This document shows, piece after piece, positions 20,771 to 33,075 of a stretch of 64,000 nt of DNA; positions within the stretch are counted from its first letter, which is position 1; each line of letters starts with the position of its first letter. Both the position numbers and the translations under genes were made by a program. The stretch covers positions 67,367 to 131,366 of the forward strand of contig CAWHWX010000014.1 of the NCBI GenBank assembly GCA_963833125.1. The letters run 5' to 3'. Below the pieces are notes generated by a model. That model saw only the letters and a program-made list of their open reading frames with translations, was not told the origin of the DNA and made no database searches. This DNA comes from Candidatus Bathyarchaeota archaeon. GTDB taxonomy: Archaea > Thermoproteota > Bathyarchaeia > 40CM-2-53-6.

Positions 20771-23700
20771 ATGGCATTAACAGCCGGAACCGTTAGCCCC
20801 CAGATATGGGAACTGATCAAACACTTCCTTGACGAGAAGGGTTTAGTCAGACAGCACGTCGACTCCTACAACGAGTTCATCGAAAGTGGCCTGCAGGCAA
20901 TAGTCGACGAGACCGGGGAAATACCGATCGAGATTGAAGACTACCCGCTCAAAATCAAACTTGGCAAAATTGAAATTGGGACACCTCGAGTAACTGAGGT
21001 AGACGGATCAGAACGCCAAATCTTTCCAACAGAGGCCAGAATTCGAAACCTAACCTACGCGGCCCCACTCCATGTGGAAATGACGCCCATAATCGGTGAG
21101 AGAGAGGGACAAACAGAGATCGTTTACATCGGCGACTTCCCAGTTATGCTTCGATCCAAGATCTGCCCCTTATCACGCATGACCCCCGAGGAACTAATCA
21201 GCATAGGAGAAGATCCGATCGACCCAGGAGGATACTTCATCGTAAACGGCGCCGAGCGAGTCGTAGTCGCACTTGAAGACCTCGCCGCCAACAGGATTCT
21301 AGTCGATAAGGAACAAACCGGTGTCCACCCAACCTACAAGGCGAAGATCTTCTCGACAACCGTTGGCTTCAGGGCTCGGACAGAAGTGAGCTTGAAGACT
21401 GACGGTGCTTGTTACATCACAATGCCAGGCGTACCCTCAGACGTCCCACTTGTTGTCATGATGAAGGCACTGGGGTATGAAGAGGACGCGAAGATCGCTG
21501 AAATGATTTCCAGCGACGAGGTACTCCAAAACCAGCTCGCCAACACATTCGAGAAGTCAGTCGGCGTAGTAACCCAGAGAGACGCATTACTCTACATCGG
21601 CAACCGCTTGGCACCGGGTCAAGTTGAAGAGTACAGACTAAAGAAGGCCGAGGCATCGGTGGATAGGAACTTTCTACCACACATCGGCCGCAACCCAGAA
21701 GAGAGGAAGGAGAAGGCTGCCTGCCTCGCAGAAGTTGGTTGCCGCGTAATCGAGCTAAAGCTCGGCATGCGTGAACCCGATGACAAGGACCATTACGCTA
21801 ACAAGAGGTTGAAGCTCGCAGGGTCCCTGTTAGCTGAGCTCTTTCGAATTTCCTTCCGAAACCTCATTCGTGATCTCAAATACCAGTTAGAGCGAATAAC
21901 GATCCGCAGACATGCGGAACTCTCAATCAGCAACGCAATTCGGCCGGGTATTATTACCGAACGCATTCAGCACGCTATCGCGACAGGCAATTGGGTCCGC
22001 GGACGTGTTGGAGTCACTCAACTCCTCGACAGAACCAATTACTCATCAACACTAAGCCACCTACGCAGACTTCAATCGCCCCTGAGCAGGAGTCAACCAA
22101 ACCTCGAAGCCCGTGACCTTCACCCAACTCATTGGGGAAGGCTATGCCCAAGCGAGACCCCTGAAGGATCGAACTGTGGGTTAGTCAAGAACTTGGCTTT
22201 GAGTGCGGTTATCTCCACCGGCGTCGATTCACGAGAATTCGTTTCTAAGCTTCGACGGATGGGCGTGGTCAGCATTGACGAAGCTGACGGCAAACTGCGA
22301 GCAGCTGGAGCGAAGGTCTTCGTTGACGGGTTAATTGCAGGTTATGTGCGCGAAGCCGACAAGATGGCGCAGGAACTAATTCGTATGCGGCGGGCTGGCG
22401 AGATCAGCTCGGAAGTTAACATCGCATACTCCTCACCACTAACTGAAGGCGGAAGATCTGAACTATACGTTAACTGCGACCAAGGCCGCGTACGACGCCC
22501 AGCAATAATTATAGAAAACTCGAAACCAAAACTTACCCGGGAACACGTTGAAGCTGTTCAACGTGGAGAGATGCGTTGGAGTGATCTAGTCGAACGGGGA
22601 GTTGTCGAATACTTGGACGCGGAGGAGGAAGAGAACGCCCTGATCGCACCCTCCCCAAGTCGCATCAACGAAAAGACAACCCACGTTGAACTCGCACCAT
22701 ACACGATTCTAGGAATCGCCGCGTCCCTAATCCCATACCCAGAACACAACCAATCCCCACGCAACGCCTACGAGTCCGCTATGGCCAAACAAGCGCTCGG
22801 TGTCTTCTCCGTCAACTACGCAAACCGCACCGACTCACGCACCACATCCTACACTACCCACAGGTGCCTATAGTTCGAACCAAGCCAATGGACATCATAA
22901 AATACGATACAAGACCAGCTGGCCAAAACTGCGTCCTCGCAATCCTCTGCTACCAAGGCTACAACATGGAAGACGCAGTGATACTCAACAAATCATCCGT
23001 CGACCGCGGACTCTTCCGATCCACGTTCTACCGAATCTACGAAGGCGAATGCAGACAATACCTGGGAGGGCTTCGCGACAAGTTCGAAGTACCTGAGGCA
23101 GGAATACGCGGCTACAGAGGAGACCGATACTACAGACTTCTTGAAGAGGACGGAGTCATCTCCGTCGAGTCAGAAGTCACCGGCAACAGCGTACTGATCG
23201 GGCGAACAAGCCCACCGAGATTCCTCGAAGAATACCGCGAATTCGAAGTCAAAGGCCCAACTAAACGTGATTCATCAGTAGGAATGCGCCCTTCGGAGGA
23301 AGGCATCATAGACGCTGTCTTCCTCAGCGAATCGATCGAAGGCAACCGCCTCGTCAAAGTTCGTGTCCGAGACATACGAATACCAGAGCTTGGAGACAAG
23401 TTCGCTTCAAGACACGGACAAAAAGGTGTCATCGGCACACTGATTCCCCAGGAAAACATGCCCTTTACCGAGCAGGGAATCGTCCCCGACGTGATCATCA
23501 ACCCACACGCAATCCCATCACGCATGACCATCGGCCAATTCGTTGAAGCAGTCGGAGGTAAGGTGGCGTCTTTACGAGGCGAACCAGTAGACGGAACCGC
23601 ATTCAGCAACGAAGGGCCGGCAGTATTACGTGAACAACTTCTCGACCTTGGTTTCCAGCACAGCGGACGGGAAGTAATGTACAACGGGGTAGACGGAAGA

Positions 23701-24130
23701 AAACTGGTGGCCGACATTTTCATCGGCGTAGTCTACTACCAGAAACTCCACCACATGGTAGCCGACAAAATGCACGCACGGGCCCGAGGGCAAGTGCAAA
23801 TGCTAACACGCCAACCAACCGAAGGACGTGCAAGAGGTGGCGGACTGAGGTTCGGAGAAATGGAACGAGACTGCCTAATCGGTCATGGCGCATCAGCACT
23901 TGTTGAGAGATCGGCTCCTCGAAGAGTCGGACAAGTATACGGTAATGGTCTGCGAAACCTGCGGCCTACTCGCCTACCACGACGTGAAACAGAACAAGTA
24001 CATCTGCAGAATCGATGGAGACAAAGCCGTAGTCTCACCAGTCCAACTCTCATACGCATTCAAACTTCTACTACAAGAATTGATGGCGCTGGGAATAGCG
24101 CCGCGACTAGAAGTCTCGGAGCGTGCATAA
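20771..24130 (+). CDS. rpoB: RNA polymerase subunit B (Rpo2), single chain; apparent frameshifts near 22840 and 23903
   Basis: [62 protein letters not shown]. Confidence 0.97.
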
Positions 24131-24131
24131 A

Positions 24132-27100
24132 ATGTCAGTAGCAGAAGAAGCGACTAAAGTAATCGGCAGCATACACTTCACCCTCATCTCCCCAAGCGAG
24201 ATCCGGAAACTCTCAGCAGTAGAAATTCAGACCGCCGACACCTACGATGAAGACGGAGTCCCCATAGTATCCGGGTTAATGGACGGAAGACTCGGCACCC
24301 TAGAGCCACGCCAAAAATGCAAGACCTGCGGCAACACCGCCTCCGCATGCCCAGGACACTTTGGCCACATTGAACTCGCAGAACCCGTAGTTCACGTAGC
24401 CTTCGCCAAACTGCTTCACAAACTCCTACAGGTCACATGCAGAAACTGCGGTCGCGTTCTCCTCTCCGCAGAGAAGATCAAAGCCTACAACGAGCGAATG
24501 CAACGGGAGCAGAGGCAACTCAACGAGATCCCTCACACCTTCTACGAAGCCGTCATGAAGGATGCGAAGAAGAGTCAGGAATGCCCACACTGCGGCGCTA
24601 GACAATACCCAATAGAACACGGAAAACCAACCACATTCCACGAAATGGTGGAGGGCGGTGCCGCAAGGCTCAACCCCAGCCAGATTAGAGAACGACTTGA
24701 GCGCATCCCAGACGACGACCTAAGATTACTCGGAATGGAACCAACCGCTGCACGCCCCGAATGGATGATACTTCAAGTTCTGCCAGTCCCAGCCGTTACT
24801 GTCCGACCCTCAATCACACTCGAATCCGGCATCCGATCCGAAGACGACCTCACCCACAAACTGGTTGATATCATCAGAATCAACCAAAAGTTGAAGGAAG
24901 CCCTAGAGTCGGGTGTCCCAGTCAACATAATTCAGGAACTTCATGAACTACTGCAATACCACGTGACAACCTACTTCGATAATGAAGTTTCAGGCCTACC
25001 CCCAGCCCGCCACAGATCCGGCCGAGCTCTGAAAACACTCAGCCAGCGGCTTAAGGGCAAGGAAGGGCGGTTCAGAGGAAACCTTTCTGGAAAACGCGTC
25101 GATTTCTCGGCGAGAACCGTCATCTCACCCGACCCCAACATCGACATTAACGAAGTTGGCGTTCCACTCGACGTAGCCCAACGCCTCACGATACCCGAAC
25201 GAGTAACCCCCTGGAACATCGACGAGCTTAAGCAGCTCATCAGAAACGGGCCTGACCAATACCCAGGCGCCCTCTACCTCGTTAGACCCGACGGGAGAAG
25301 AGTGCGACTCGAATTCGTAACCGAACGAGACGGCTTGGCGGACGCGATCCAGGCAGGTTTCATCGTTGAACGACACATTAGGGATGGGGATATTGTCCTC
25401 TTCAACCGGCAACCATCACTTCACCGAATGTCCATAATGGCCCACACCGTCAAAGTCCTTCCATACAAGACCTTCAGACTCAACCCATGCGTCTGCCCAC
25501 CCTACAACGCAGACTTCGACGGAGACGAAATGAACCTCCACGTTCCACAAGGCGAGGAAGCTAGAACTGAAGCAAAACTGCTGATGCAGGTTCAAGACCA
25601 AATACTATCACCACGATACGGCGGACCAATCATCGGCGCGAAAACCGACCTTCTCACCGCTGCCTACTTACTGACCAGGAAGTCAACGTTCCTCACTAAG
25701 GACGAGGTCGGGAAACTCTTGACCGCTGCAGGATTCCGCGGCGAGTTACCAGCTCCAGAAATCAAGCGCCCCGCTGAGATGTGGACTGGAAAGCAGATCT
25801 TCAGCCTCTTCCTTCCGCACGGTTTCAGCTTCGTAGCCAAGTCAAGCATGGTCACTCCGGAAGACGGCAGTTCAGTGGTCGTAAGAGAAGGTGAACTAGT
25901 TGAAGGAGTCATCGACAAGAATACGATAGGCGCAGAACGCTCCGAAACGCTCTTTCATCGCATCGTAAAAGACAACGGCTCAGAGCCGGGTCGAATCTTC
26001 CTGAACGGGCTCATCAAGCTTCTCGACCGCTTCATAACCCTACGAGGATTCACTTACGGAATCGACGAGCTTGACCTCTCAGACGCAACACACGACAAGA
26101 TTTCCAAGTCCATTAAGAGGGCCGAAGAACACGTTCAGGAACTCATAACGCAATACAAGAAGAAAACACTTGAACGGCTACCAGGACGGTCAATGGAAGA
26201 GTCACTAGAACTGCGCATCATGGACGAACTCTCCAAAGCCCGCGACCAAGCTGGAGAACTGGCAGAGCAATATCTCAAAACAGAAACCGATAACTCGGGA
26301 GTCATTATGACGAAGACCGGTGCCCGTGGGTCAATGCTGAACATCGCTCAGATGGTAGCATCGGTTGGACAACAATCCATCCGCGGCCAACGGATAAGAC
26401 GAGGGTACAGGGATCGCGCTCTATCTTTCTTCGAAAGAGGAGATGTAGGCGCGGAAGCGCGCGGCTTCGTTTACGCCTCATACCAAGACGGGCTAACCCC
26501 AGTCGAATTCTTCTTCCACTCCATGGGAGGACGGGAAGGCCTCGTAGACACAGCCGTCCGAACACAACAGAGCGGCTACATGCAAAGACGCCTAATCAAC
26601 GCCCTTGAGCACATACGCGTCGAATACGACGGCACCGTACGCGACTCGCGCGGTGACATCATACAATTCCGTTACGGCGAAGACGGAGTAGACACCGCCA
26701 AGAGCGACCACGGAAAGGCAGTGAACACGGAACGCCTAGTCGAACGAGTTGAACTCACTATCGAGAAAGGCGCTAAGGCTAGCAAACCCTACATCGAGAA
26801 GAAAGTCTCCGACGTAAGAAAAGACCTGACCCCAAGCCTCACCGGGCAACTCAAATCAAGTTTGCTGGATAGAAAGCTAACCAAGAAGGGAGTGGATGAG
26901 GCGGTAAAGGAAGCCGTCAAGAACTACCGCAAATCCATGATTGAACCAGGCGAAGCCGCAGGCATAGTCTCAGCCCAATCCATTGGCGAACCAGGCACCC
27001 AGATGACCCTACGAACATTCCACTTCGCAGGAGTCAGAGAGCAAAACGTCACCCTCGGCCTCCCACGCCTAATCGAAATCGTAGACGCAAGAAAGATCCC

Positions 27101-27945
27101 CTCAACCCCCATGATGGTCGTCTTCTTAGACAAGAAACGCAGAGGTAGCCGCGAGAAAGCACAGGAAGTCGCGACAAACATCACCCACACTACATTGGGC
27201 GATATTGCCACAAGCCTCGAATCCGACATCACCAAAATGCGAATAGTAGTAACCCTAAACAATGAAGCGATGAGGGAAAGAGAGGTAACCCTCAAGGACA
27301 TCAAAGCAGCCGTAACTCCGGGTGGTTGCAAGGTTGAAGTCGAAAGGAACACGGTACACATAACACCGCAAGAAATGGAGATCGCACAATTCAATCGCCT
27401 AGTCCTTCGCCTCCCACTCATGCACGTGAAAGGCATACCGCAAGTGAAGCGAGCACTCGTCATGGAAGAGAAGACCGGGGAGAAGAGTGAATGGGTTATC
27501 AGAACCGAAGGCTCCAACCTAGAACTAACGCTTGAGACTGAAGGCGTAGACCCCGCTCAGAACCACAACGAACAACATGCATGAAGTAGCAGAAGTACTC
27601 GGAATCGAAGCGGCAAGAAACGTGATCATAAAAGAAGCGACAGCAGTGCTCGAGGAACAGGGGTTGGATGTGGACGTACGCCACGTCATGCTCGTAGCCG
27701 ACGCCATGACGGCTTCAGGTGAAGTATTGCAAGTAGGAAGACACGGAGTGAGCGGCGAGAAAGCAAGCACCCTAGCCAAAGCAGCATTCGAAATCACTAT
27801 CCCAACAATAGTAGACGCAGCGATCAAAGGAACACGCGACACCCTTCGAGGAGTCGCTGAGAACGTTATAGTGGGACAACAAGTGCCGATGGGAACAGGC
27901 CTCATCGAAGTCTACATGTCAATGCCAGAGAAGAGCAAGAAGTAA
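24132..27945 (+). CDS. rpoA: RNA polymerase largest subunit (Rpo1), A' and A'' fused; apparent frameshift near 27558
   Basis: [15 protein letters not shown] catalytic motif, continuous into [13 protein letters not shown]; final piece [17 protein letters not shown]. Confidence 0.97.
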
Positions 27946-27946
27946 G

Positions 27947-28261
27947 ATGCAATCCTCAAAGATAGACGTGAACAAGCAGCTGCAAATCGTCGTAAGATCA
28001 GGCAAGGTCGCGTTAGGCGTCAAGGAAGCCTTGGACGCAGCTAGATTCGCGAAAGGCAAACTCCTCATCCTGGCCTCCAACTGCCCCGCCCGAGATAGGT
28101 TAAGCATAGCTAGCTACGCGAAACAATCCGGTGTCCCAATATTCGACTACCCCGGAACAAGCGTAGACCTAGGTTCCGCATGCCTGAAACATTTCGTTGT
28201 GGCAGCATTAACGATAAAAGAACCTGGAGACTCCGAGATACTCAAATTAGCTGAGCGCTAA
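27947..28261 (+). CDS. rpl30e: 50S ribosomal protein L30e
   Basis: SGKVALG, LILASNCP, GTSVDLGSAC, EPGDSEIL; conserved position after rpoA. Confidence 0.95.
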   Translation: MQSSKIDVNKQLQIVVRSGKVALGVKEALDAARFAKGKLLILASNCPARDRLSIASYAKQSGVPIFDYPGTSVDLGSACLKHFVVAALTIKEPGDSEILKLAER

Positions 28262-28264
28262 CAC

Positions 28265-28702
28265 ATGGCCACTTCAGGAATAAAACTCACCGGCGAAACA
28301 ATGCGACTGATCGCCCTCTTCGAAAACATCACCGGCGCAACAGCCAACGACTGCATAGTGGACACTGAAGGGGATAGGATAATTTTCATGGCAAAACAAG
28401 GCGAGATGGGCCTAGCGATTGGGAAAGGCGGAAAGAACATCAACATGCTCCGCAAAATGACCGGAAAACCAATCGAAGTCGTCGAATTCTCGGACAACGT
28501 CGAAGGCCTCATCCGAAACTGCTTATCCCCAGCCAAAGTGAAAGAGGTCCGAATAACCGAAAGACCCGACAAGAAGATCGTAGTCGTTGAAGTGGAACCA
28601 AAAGACAAGGCGCTAGCGATAGGTAAGAACGGCCGAACGATAGACAAAACCCGAATGCTAGCGAAACGCTACTACGAAATCGACCACGTACAGATCATGT
28701 AA
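28265..28702 (+). CDS. nusA: Archaeal NusA-like KH-domain protein
   Basis: Two AIGKGG/AIGKNG KH motifs; conserved synteny. Confidence 0.95.
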   Translation: MATSGIKLTGETMRLIALFENITGATANDCIVDTEGDRIIFMAKQGEMGLAIGKGGKNINMLRKMTGKPIEVVEFSDNVEGLIRNCLSPAKVKEVRITERPDKKIVVVEVEPKDKALAIGKNGRTIDKTRMLAKRYYEIDHVQIM

Positions 28703-28991
28703 CACCGACCGTCGACCGCGCAACCTTCACTCCAGCAACTAGGCCATCAGCCTTGCCCTGGATGTGGTTGGAATTGAATCTGTTCTTAGTTGTCTTGTTT
28801 GCCGCCTCTGTTGTAGCGGCCGTACCATGTGACCGTGCCCTTGGTCCAATAAACGGGTGGTTTGGGTTTTGGTTTGGATCGCATCTTCTGCATTTTCTTC
28901 TAGCATCCTTCCGCTTAGGCTTCACCGCCAGCGGTGGCGAGAGGCCTAGGGAGTGAATTGGTCTCGTCTGTACTTAAGTGATGAGTCGCGG

Positions 28992-29276
28992 TCATTTCCG
29001 GGGTTTTGGAGGTTTTGGAGGAGGTGTTCCGCTAGTTTCAGGGGAGGCGGGGTTTGCCATGATGACTTCGCCCTTAGAAGTGATGGATGCGACAAATTGT
29101 TCTTTTCCGCCTTCTTCTGTAACGAACATCCCTGTTACGGTCCATACGCCTTTGGGGTCTGGTCCTTTCGCTTCCTCGTCCATTGTGATTGCGACTATCT
29201 TTCCATGGCGCGTCCTGGTACCAACGACGTACTTTCTCGCCATGCTTTTCGCTTCATCCGCGTTGGCTATTCTCAA
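28992..29276 (-). CDS. Small hypothetical protein (PepSY-like pattern)
   Basis: ADEAKSMA...WTVTG...ITSKGEV with Pro/Lys tail. Confidence 0.55.
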   Translation of the reverse strand: MRIANADEAKSMARKYVVGTRTRHGKIVAITMDEEAKGPDPKGVWTVTGMFVTEEGGKEQFVASITSKGEVIMANPASPETSGTPPPKPPKPRK

Positions 29277-29651
29277 TCCACATCAATTCCGGAGTCTGCG
29301 TTGCATTGATATTCAAGGGTTATCCCTCGGCTATTATTGAGGGAGAAATGTGTTATTCTGCGGCGGTGAGACAGTTTGAAAAGTAGTTACTGGTATTGGC
29401 GACGTACCGCTGAGTCGTCAGCGAAAGAAGTAATTGACCGCCGCGAACAAGCCAATCGAGATCAAGCCTATAATAATACTCGGAGTAAAACTCGGAGGTA
29501 GTCCGCGGCTCGTTATTCTTTTTCCGGACATCCTCGCGACATTTCAGGAAAATGCATCTGTCGAAGAGGGTTTATCGGTTCAAAATCGAACCTTTTGTTT
29601 GGACCTTATAACGGCCGGTGCGGTTTATGGTAGTTGAAGGTTATTTTTGGG

Positions 29652-29780
29652 ATGTCACTGCAGAATTGTCAGAAGTGTGGCGCTCTCATCCTCTCGCAGG
29701 AGCCTCGTTCAGGAAGCTATCTTTGCGCAAAATGTTACAGATCCGAGGCCGCCAAGAAAATGAGTTTCAGGTTCGAGTGA
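29652..29780 (+). CDS. 42-aa zinc-finger microprotein
   Basis: Manual translation MSLQNCQKCGALILSQEPRSGSYLCAKCYRSEAAKKMSFRFE; two CxxC motifs. Confidence 0.6.
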   Translation: MSLQNCQKCGALILSQEPRSGSYLCAKCYRSEAAKKMSFRFE

Positions 29781-29812
29781 ACGATGCCTGAACTATCCCC
29801 CGTCCAAAGCTT

Positions 29813-30901
29813 GTGCCGAACCTGAAAACGCTTCTCGTAGAATGTCTCACACCCAAGAGCAAGCCTCGAACAGACGAAATGAGTGACATCGCGAAGGCGG
29901 CTGGGTACGATGTCGTGGGTGAGGTTGTACAGCACCGCGAGGCCGTCGATGGAGCTTATTGCATAGGTGCGGGAAAACTCGACGAAGATCGCAAAGCGCG
30001 TCGGAAAAGACTCAATTGAAGTTTTGATCTTTACTCGGCAGCTATCTGCCGGCCAACTGTTTCGGATTAAGAAGAAACTCGGTGAAGGAGTGCGAGTTCT
30101 CGACAGAAACCTCCTCATCCTAGAGGTGTTCGAAAAACGTGCCACGACGACAGAGTCCAAGCTCCAGATCGCATTAGCTAAGCTACGCTACACGTTTTCT
30201 TGGGGCAGAGAATCAATCAGAATGCGTGGGTTTGCTAGTGAGCAGATGGGGCGAGGTGGGCCTGGGCAGTATCCTTACGAGGTCTACGAAGCGATGTCCC
30301 GCAAACGCATAAGCAAGATCGAACGGGAGCTTAGAGAGACAAGGTCGAAGCATGGGAGTCTTCGCGAACAAAGGGGAAAGGCTGGTTTCCGAACCGTAGC
30401 TTTGACGGGGTACACTCAAAGCGGAAAGACCACGCTATTCAACAAGATAGCTTCGGAATCAAAAGAAACCGGAATGGGCCCCTTTACGACATTATCTACG
30501 CTTGCCCGAAAGGTGTCGATGCCTTCGAAGTCGTTCATCCTCATTGACTCCATTGGATTCATTGAAGATCTCAACCCTATTCTTCTGAATGCGTTCCACA
30601 CGACGTTGAATGAACTCGCAAATTCTGATTTGATTCTTCTTTTCGTGGACGGTAGCGAAGACATCGCGATCTCAAGGAGAAAGCTCTCAGCCTCGCATGA
30701 GGCCATCGAGAAGGAAATCAGCGGTGTTCCAATTCTGATCTGCATGAATAAGGTGGATATCGCGCGCGTGAACATCTAGATAAAGTCGTTGAAGAGACTC
30801 GCAAAATATTCGGTGCCGTTGAGATTGTGGAGATTAGTTCGAAGACTGGGGAAAATGTGCCGAATCTTTTGCAGAAGATCGCGGAAAAACTTGGTTCTTA
30901 A
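29813..30901 (+). CDS. hflX: GTPase HflX (frameshifts near 29985 and 30765)
   Basis: IGAGKL, DRNLLILEVF, ESKLQIALA, GYTQSGKTT, DSIGFI, NKVD, ISSKTG in the final frame. Confidence 0.9.
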
Positions 30902-30903
30902 TT

Positions 30904-31299
30904 CTAAGCGGCAATTACCGGCGCTGATGTAGCGGGTACTTCGAAGTAGTGTCTTTTTCCTTTAGCATCCTCTTCATAGTCGTATTTCTTCATTGTTCGG
31001 CGATCAATATAGAGGCCTGAGCCGAGGTGATCTATTTGCATGCCTTTGATGCGGGCAGTCAGGGAATCAAGTATGTCCACGTAGTTTCTGCCCTCAGTTG
31101 GTTTCCACTCTAGCATAGCCTTGGATTCGCTCATCGTGATAACTTTGACAAAACCGCGGGGAGATCGCATTTCCGTGTGACCGCCGACGCATGTGAAGGT
31201 CTTTGAGTCTAGGAATTGGCGAAACTTCTCGTAGTTTCCGGTGAAATCAAATTGAGTTCCGCATTTCTGACATGTGCAGAGAAACGTGCGAATTGACAT
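30904..31299 (-). CDS. Hypothetical protein with N-terminal Cys/His motif
   Basis: MSIRTFLCTCQKCG...CVGGH. Confidence 0.55.
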   Translation of the reverse strand: MSIRTFLCTCQKCGTQFDFTGNYEKFRQFLDSKTFTCVGGHTEMRSPRGFVKVITMSESKAMLEWKPTEGRNYVDILDSLTARIKGMQIDHLGSGLYIDRRTMKKYDYEEDAKGKRHYFEVPATSAPVIAA

Positions 31300-31416
31300 G
31301 GGATACCATGGGAGTCGCCGCTTATAGGGAGTCCCTATTGTGTGTCGATGGTGGGACGCGCTTGTAACGTTCGAGCGTTTCCGACATTCCGTATTTGGGT
31401 TGGGCATGGATTCGCG

Positions 31417-32967
31417 TCATTCGCCGAATTTGACGCCTTGGGCGAGGGGGAGTTGGTCGCTCCAGTTTATAGTGGTTGTTTGGCGGCGCATGTATTGTTT
31501 CCAAGCATCTGATCCAGACTCTCGGCCACCGCCGGTATCCTTCTCTCCACCAAAGGCACCGCCTATTTCGGCACCTGAAGTGCCGATGTTCACATTAGCT
31601 ATACCGCAATCACTCCCTACGGCCGAGAGAAATTTCTCCGCTTTCTTCACCGATTCAGTGAATATTGCGGAAGAGAGTCCCTGGGGGACCTCGTTATGAA
31701 GTCTGATGGCGTCGTCGATTGTGTCGTAGGGCATCACGTACAGAATCGGCGCGAACGTCTCTTCACACACCAGCGCCGTATTGCCTGGAACTCTCACAAT
31801 CGCGGGCGATACGTAGAACCCAGCCCTATCAAGTCTCTTACCACCCACCACTAATCTTCCACCTTGCTTCGGCAACGCCTCCAGAACATTCATCATCGTC
31901 TTCACCGCCTCCTCCTCAACCAATGGCCCCATCAACGTTTCTGGTTCAAGCGGGTCACCAATTCGCACCTGTTCGTAGGCTTTCACAAGTCGCGACGTTA
32001 ATTCTTCGATGATTTTCTTCTGGGCGATTATTCTCCTGGTCGTCGTGCATCGTTGCCCTGCGGTGCCTACGGCGCCGAAGAGGATTGCTCGGGTGGCTAA
32101 TTCGAGGTTGGCGTCTTCTGCGACGATTATTCCATTATTGCCACCCAGTTCTAGGATGGTCCGTCCCAACTTCTTCGCAGCCGCCTCGGCAACTCTCAGG
32201 CCCATGGTGGTTGAGCCGGTGGATGAGATTAGGGGGATCCGTTTGTCGTTGATCAGGCGTTCCCCAATCGTAGACCCCTTCCCTACCACGATCGTGAATA
32301 TTCCGGTTAGATCGTGCCGTTTCATGATGCGGTTGACGATGTGTTGGACCGCTATGGCGCATAGGGGCGTCTTGGAGGATGGTTTCCACACCATCGTATC
32401 TCCGCAGACGGCGGCGATCATGGAGTTCCATGACCAGACAGCGACGGGAAAGTTGAACGCCGTAATTATCCCTACCACGCCGAGCGGATGCCATTGCTCA
32501 TACATCCTGTGTAACGGCCGCTCAGACTGCATCGTCAACCCATACAATTGACGGGATAAGCCGACCGCGAAATCGGCGATGTCAATGGCCTCTTGAACCT
32601 CGCCCACACCCTCGGCAACGATCTTCCCCATCTCTAACGTAACCAGTCTTCCTAATGGCTCCTTGAATTTCCGAAGCTCATCGCCAATGTCCCGTACAAC
32701 CTGACCGCGAACAGGGCCGGGAATCATTCTCCATTTCAGAAAACTCTCTTGAGCAGCCTTAACGACATGCTCATAATCACTTTCGGACGCGAGTGCCACC
32801 CTCGCTATCACCGAGCCATCGATCGGGGTTACGACCGGGAGCAGTTCACGGTCTCGAGTGCTGTTCCAGTCATCTGGTCCAGGGCATGCGCCGGAGTTTG
32901 TTTCCTGGATCCCTAACTCTCGAAGAAACGGGAACCGGTCTTGGTTTGAGATCTGAGTCGTCTTCAT
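31417..32967 (-). CDS. Aldehyde dehydrogenase, ALDH7/antiquitin (piperideine-6-carboxylate dehydrogenase) type
   Basis: GEVQEAIDIADFAVGLSRQL, AFNFPVAV, LELGGNN, GTAGQRCTT, GGGRESGSDAWK. Confidence 0.95.
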   Translation of the reverse strand: MKTTQISNQDRFPFLRELGIQETNSGACPGPDDWNSTRDRELLPVVTPIDGSVIARVALASESDYEHVVKAAQESFLKWRMIPGPVRGQVVRDIGDELRKFKEPLGRLVTLEMGKIVAEGVGEVQEAIDIADFAVGLSRQLYGLTMQSERPLHRMYEQWHPLGVVGIITAFNFPVAVWSWNSMIAAVCGDTMVWKPSSKTPLCAIAVQHIVNRIMKRHDLTGIFTIVVGKGSTIGERLINDKRIPLISSTGSTTMGLRVAEAAAKKLGRTILELGGNNGIIVAEDANLELATRAILFGAVGTAGQRCTTTRRIIAQKKIIEELTSRLVKAYEQVRIGDPLEPETLMGPLVEEEAVKTMMNVLEALPKQGGRLVVGGKRLDRAGFYVSPAIVRVPGNTALVCEETFAPILYVMPYDTIDDAIRLHNEVPQGLSSAIFTESVKKAEKFLSAVGSDCGIANVNIGTSGAEIGGAFGGEKDTGGGRESGSDAWKQYMRRQTTTINWSDQLPLAQGVKFGE

Positions 32968-33075
32968 GACCCGTCAGGCTCCTGTACCGGGACATTGCGC
33001 CCGGCTTTATTCTTGCCTCCCAATAGCGCTTGGACTGCCCAGTACGCCTGTGACAGTTACCTTTTCTTTGCGAGC

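Noticed and set aside
20771-27945. Novel split points or programmed frameshifting in rpoB/rpoA
   Set aside because: The breaks fall inside conserved motifs, share no slippery sequence, and match the window-wide indel pattern
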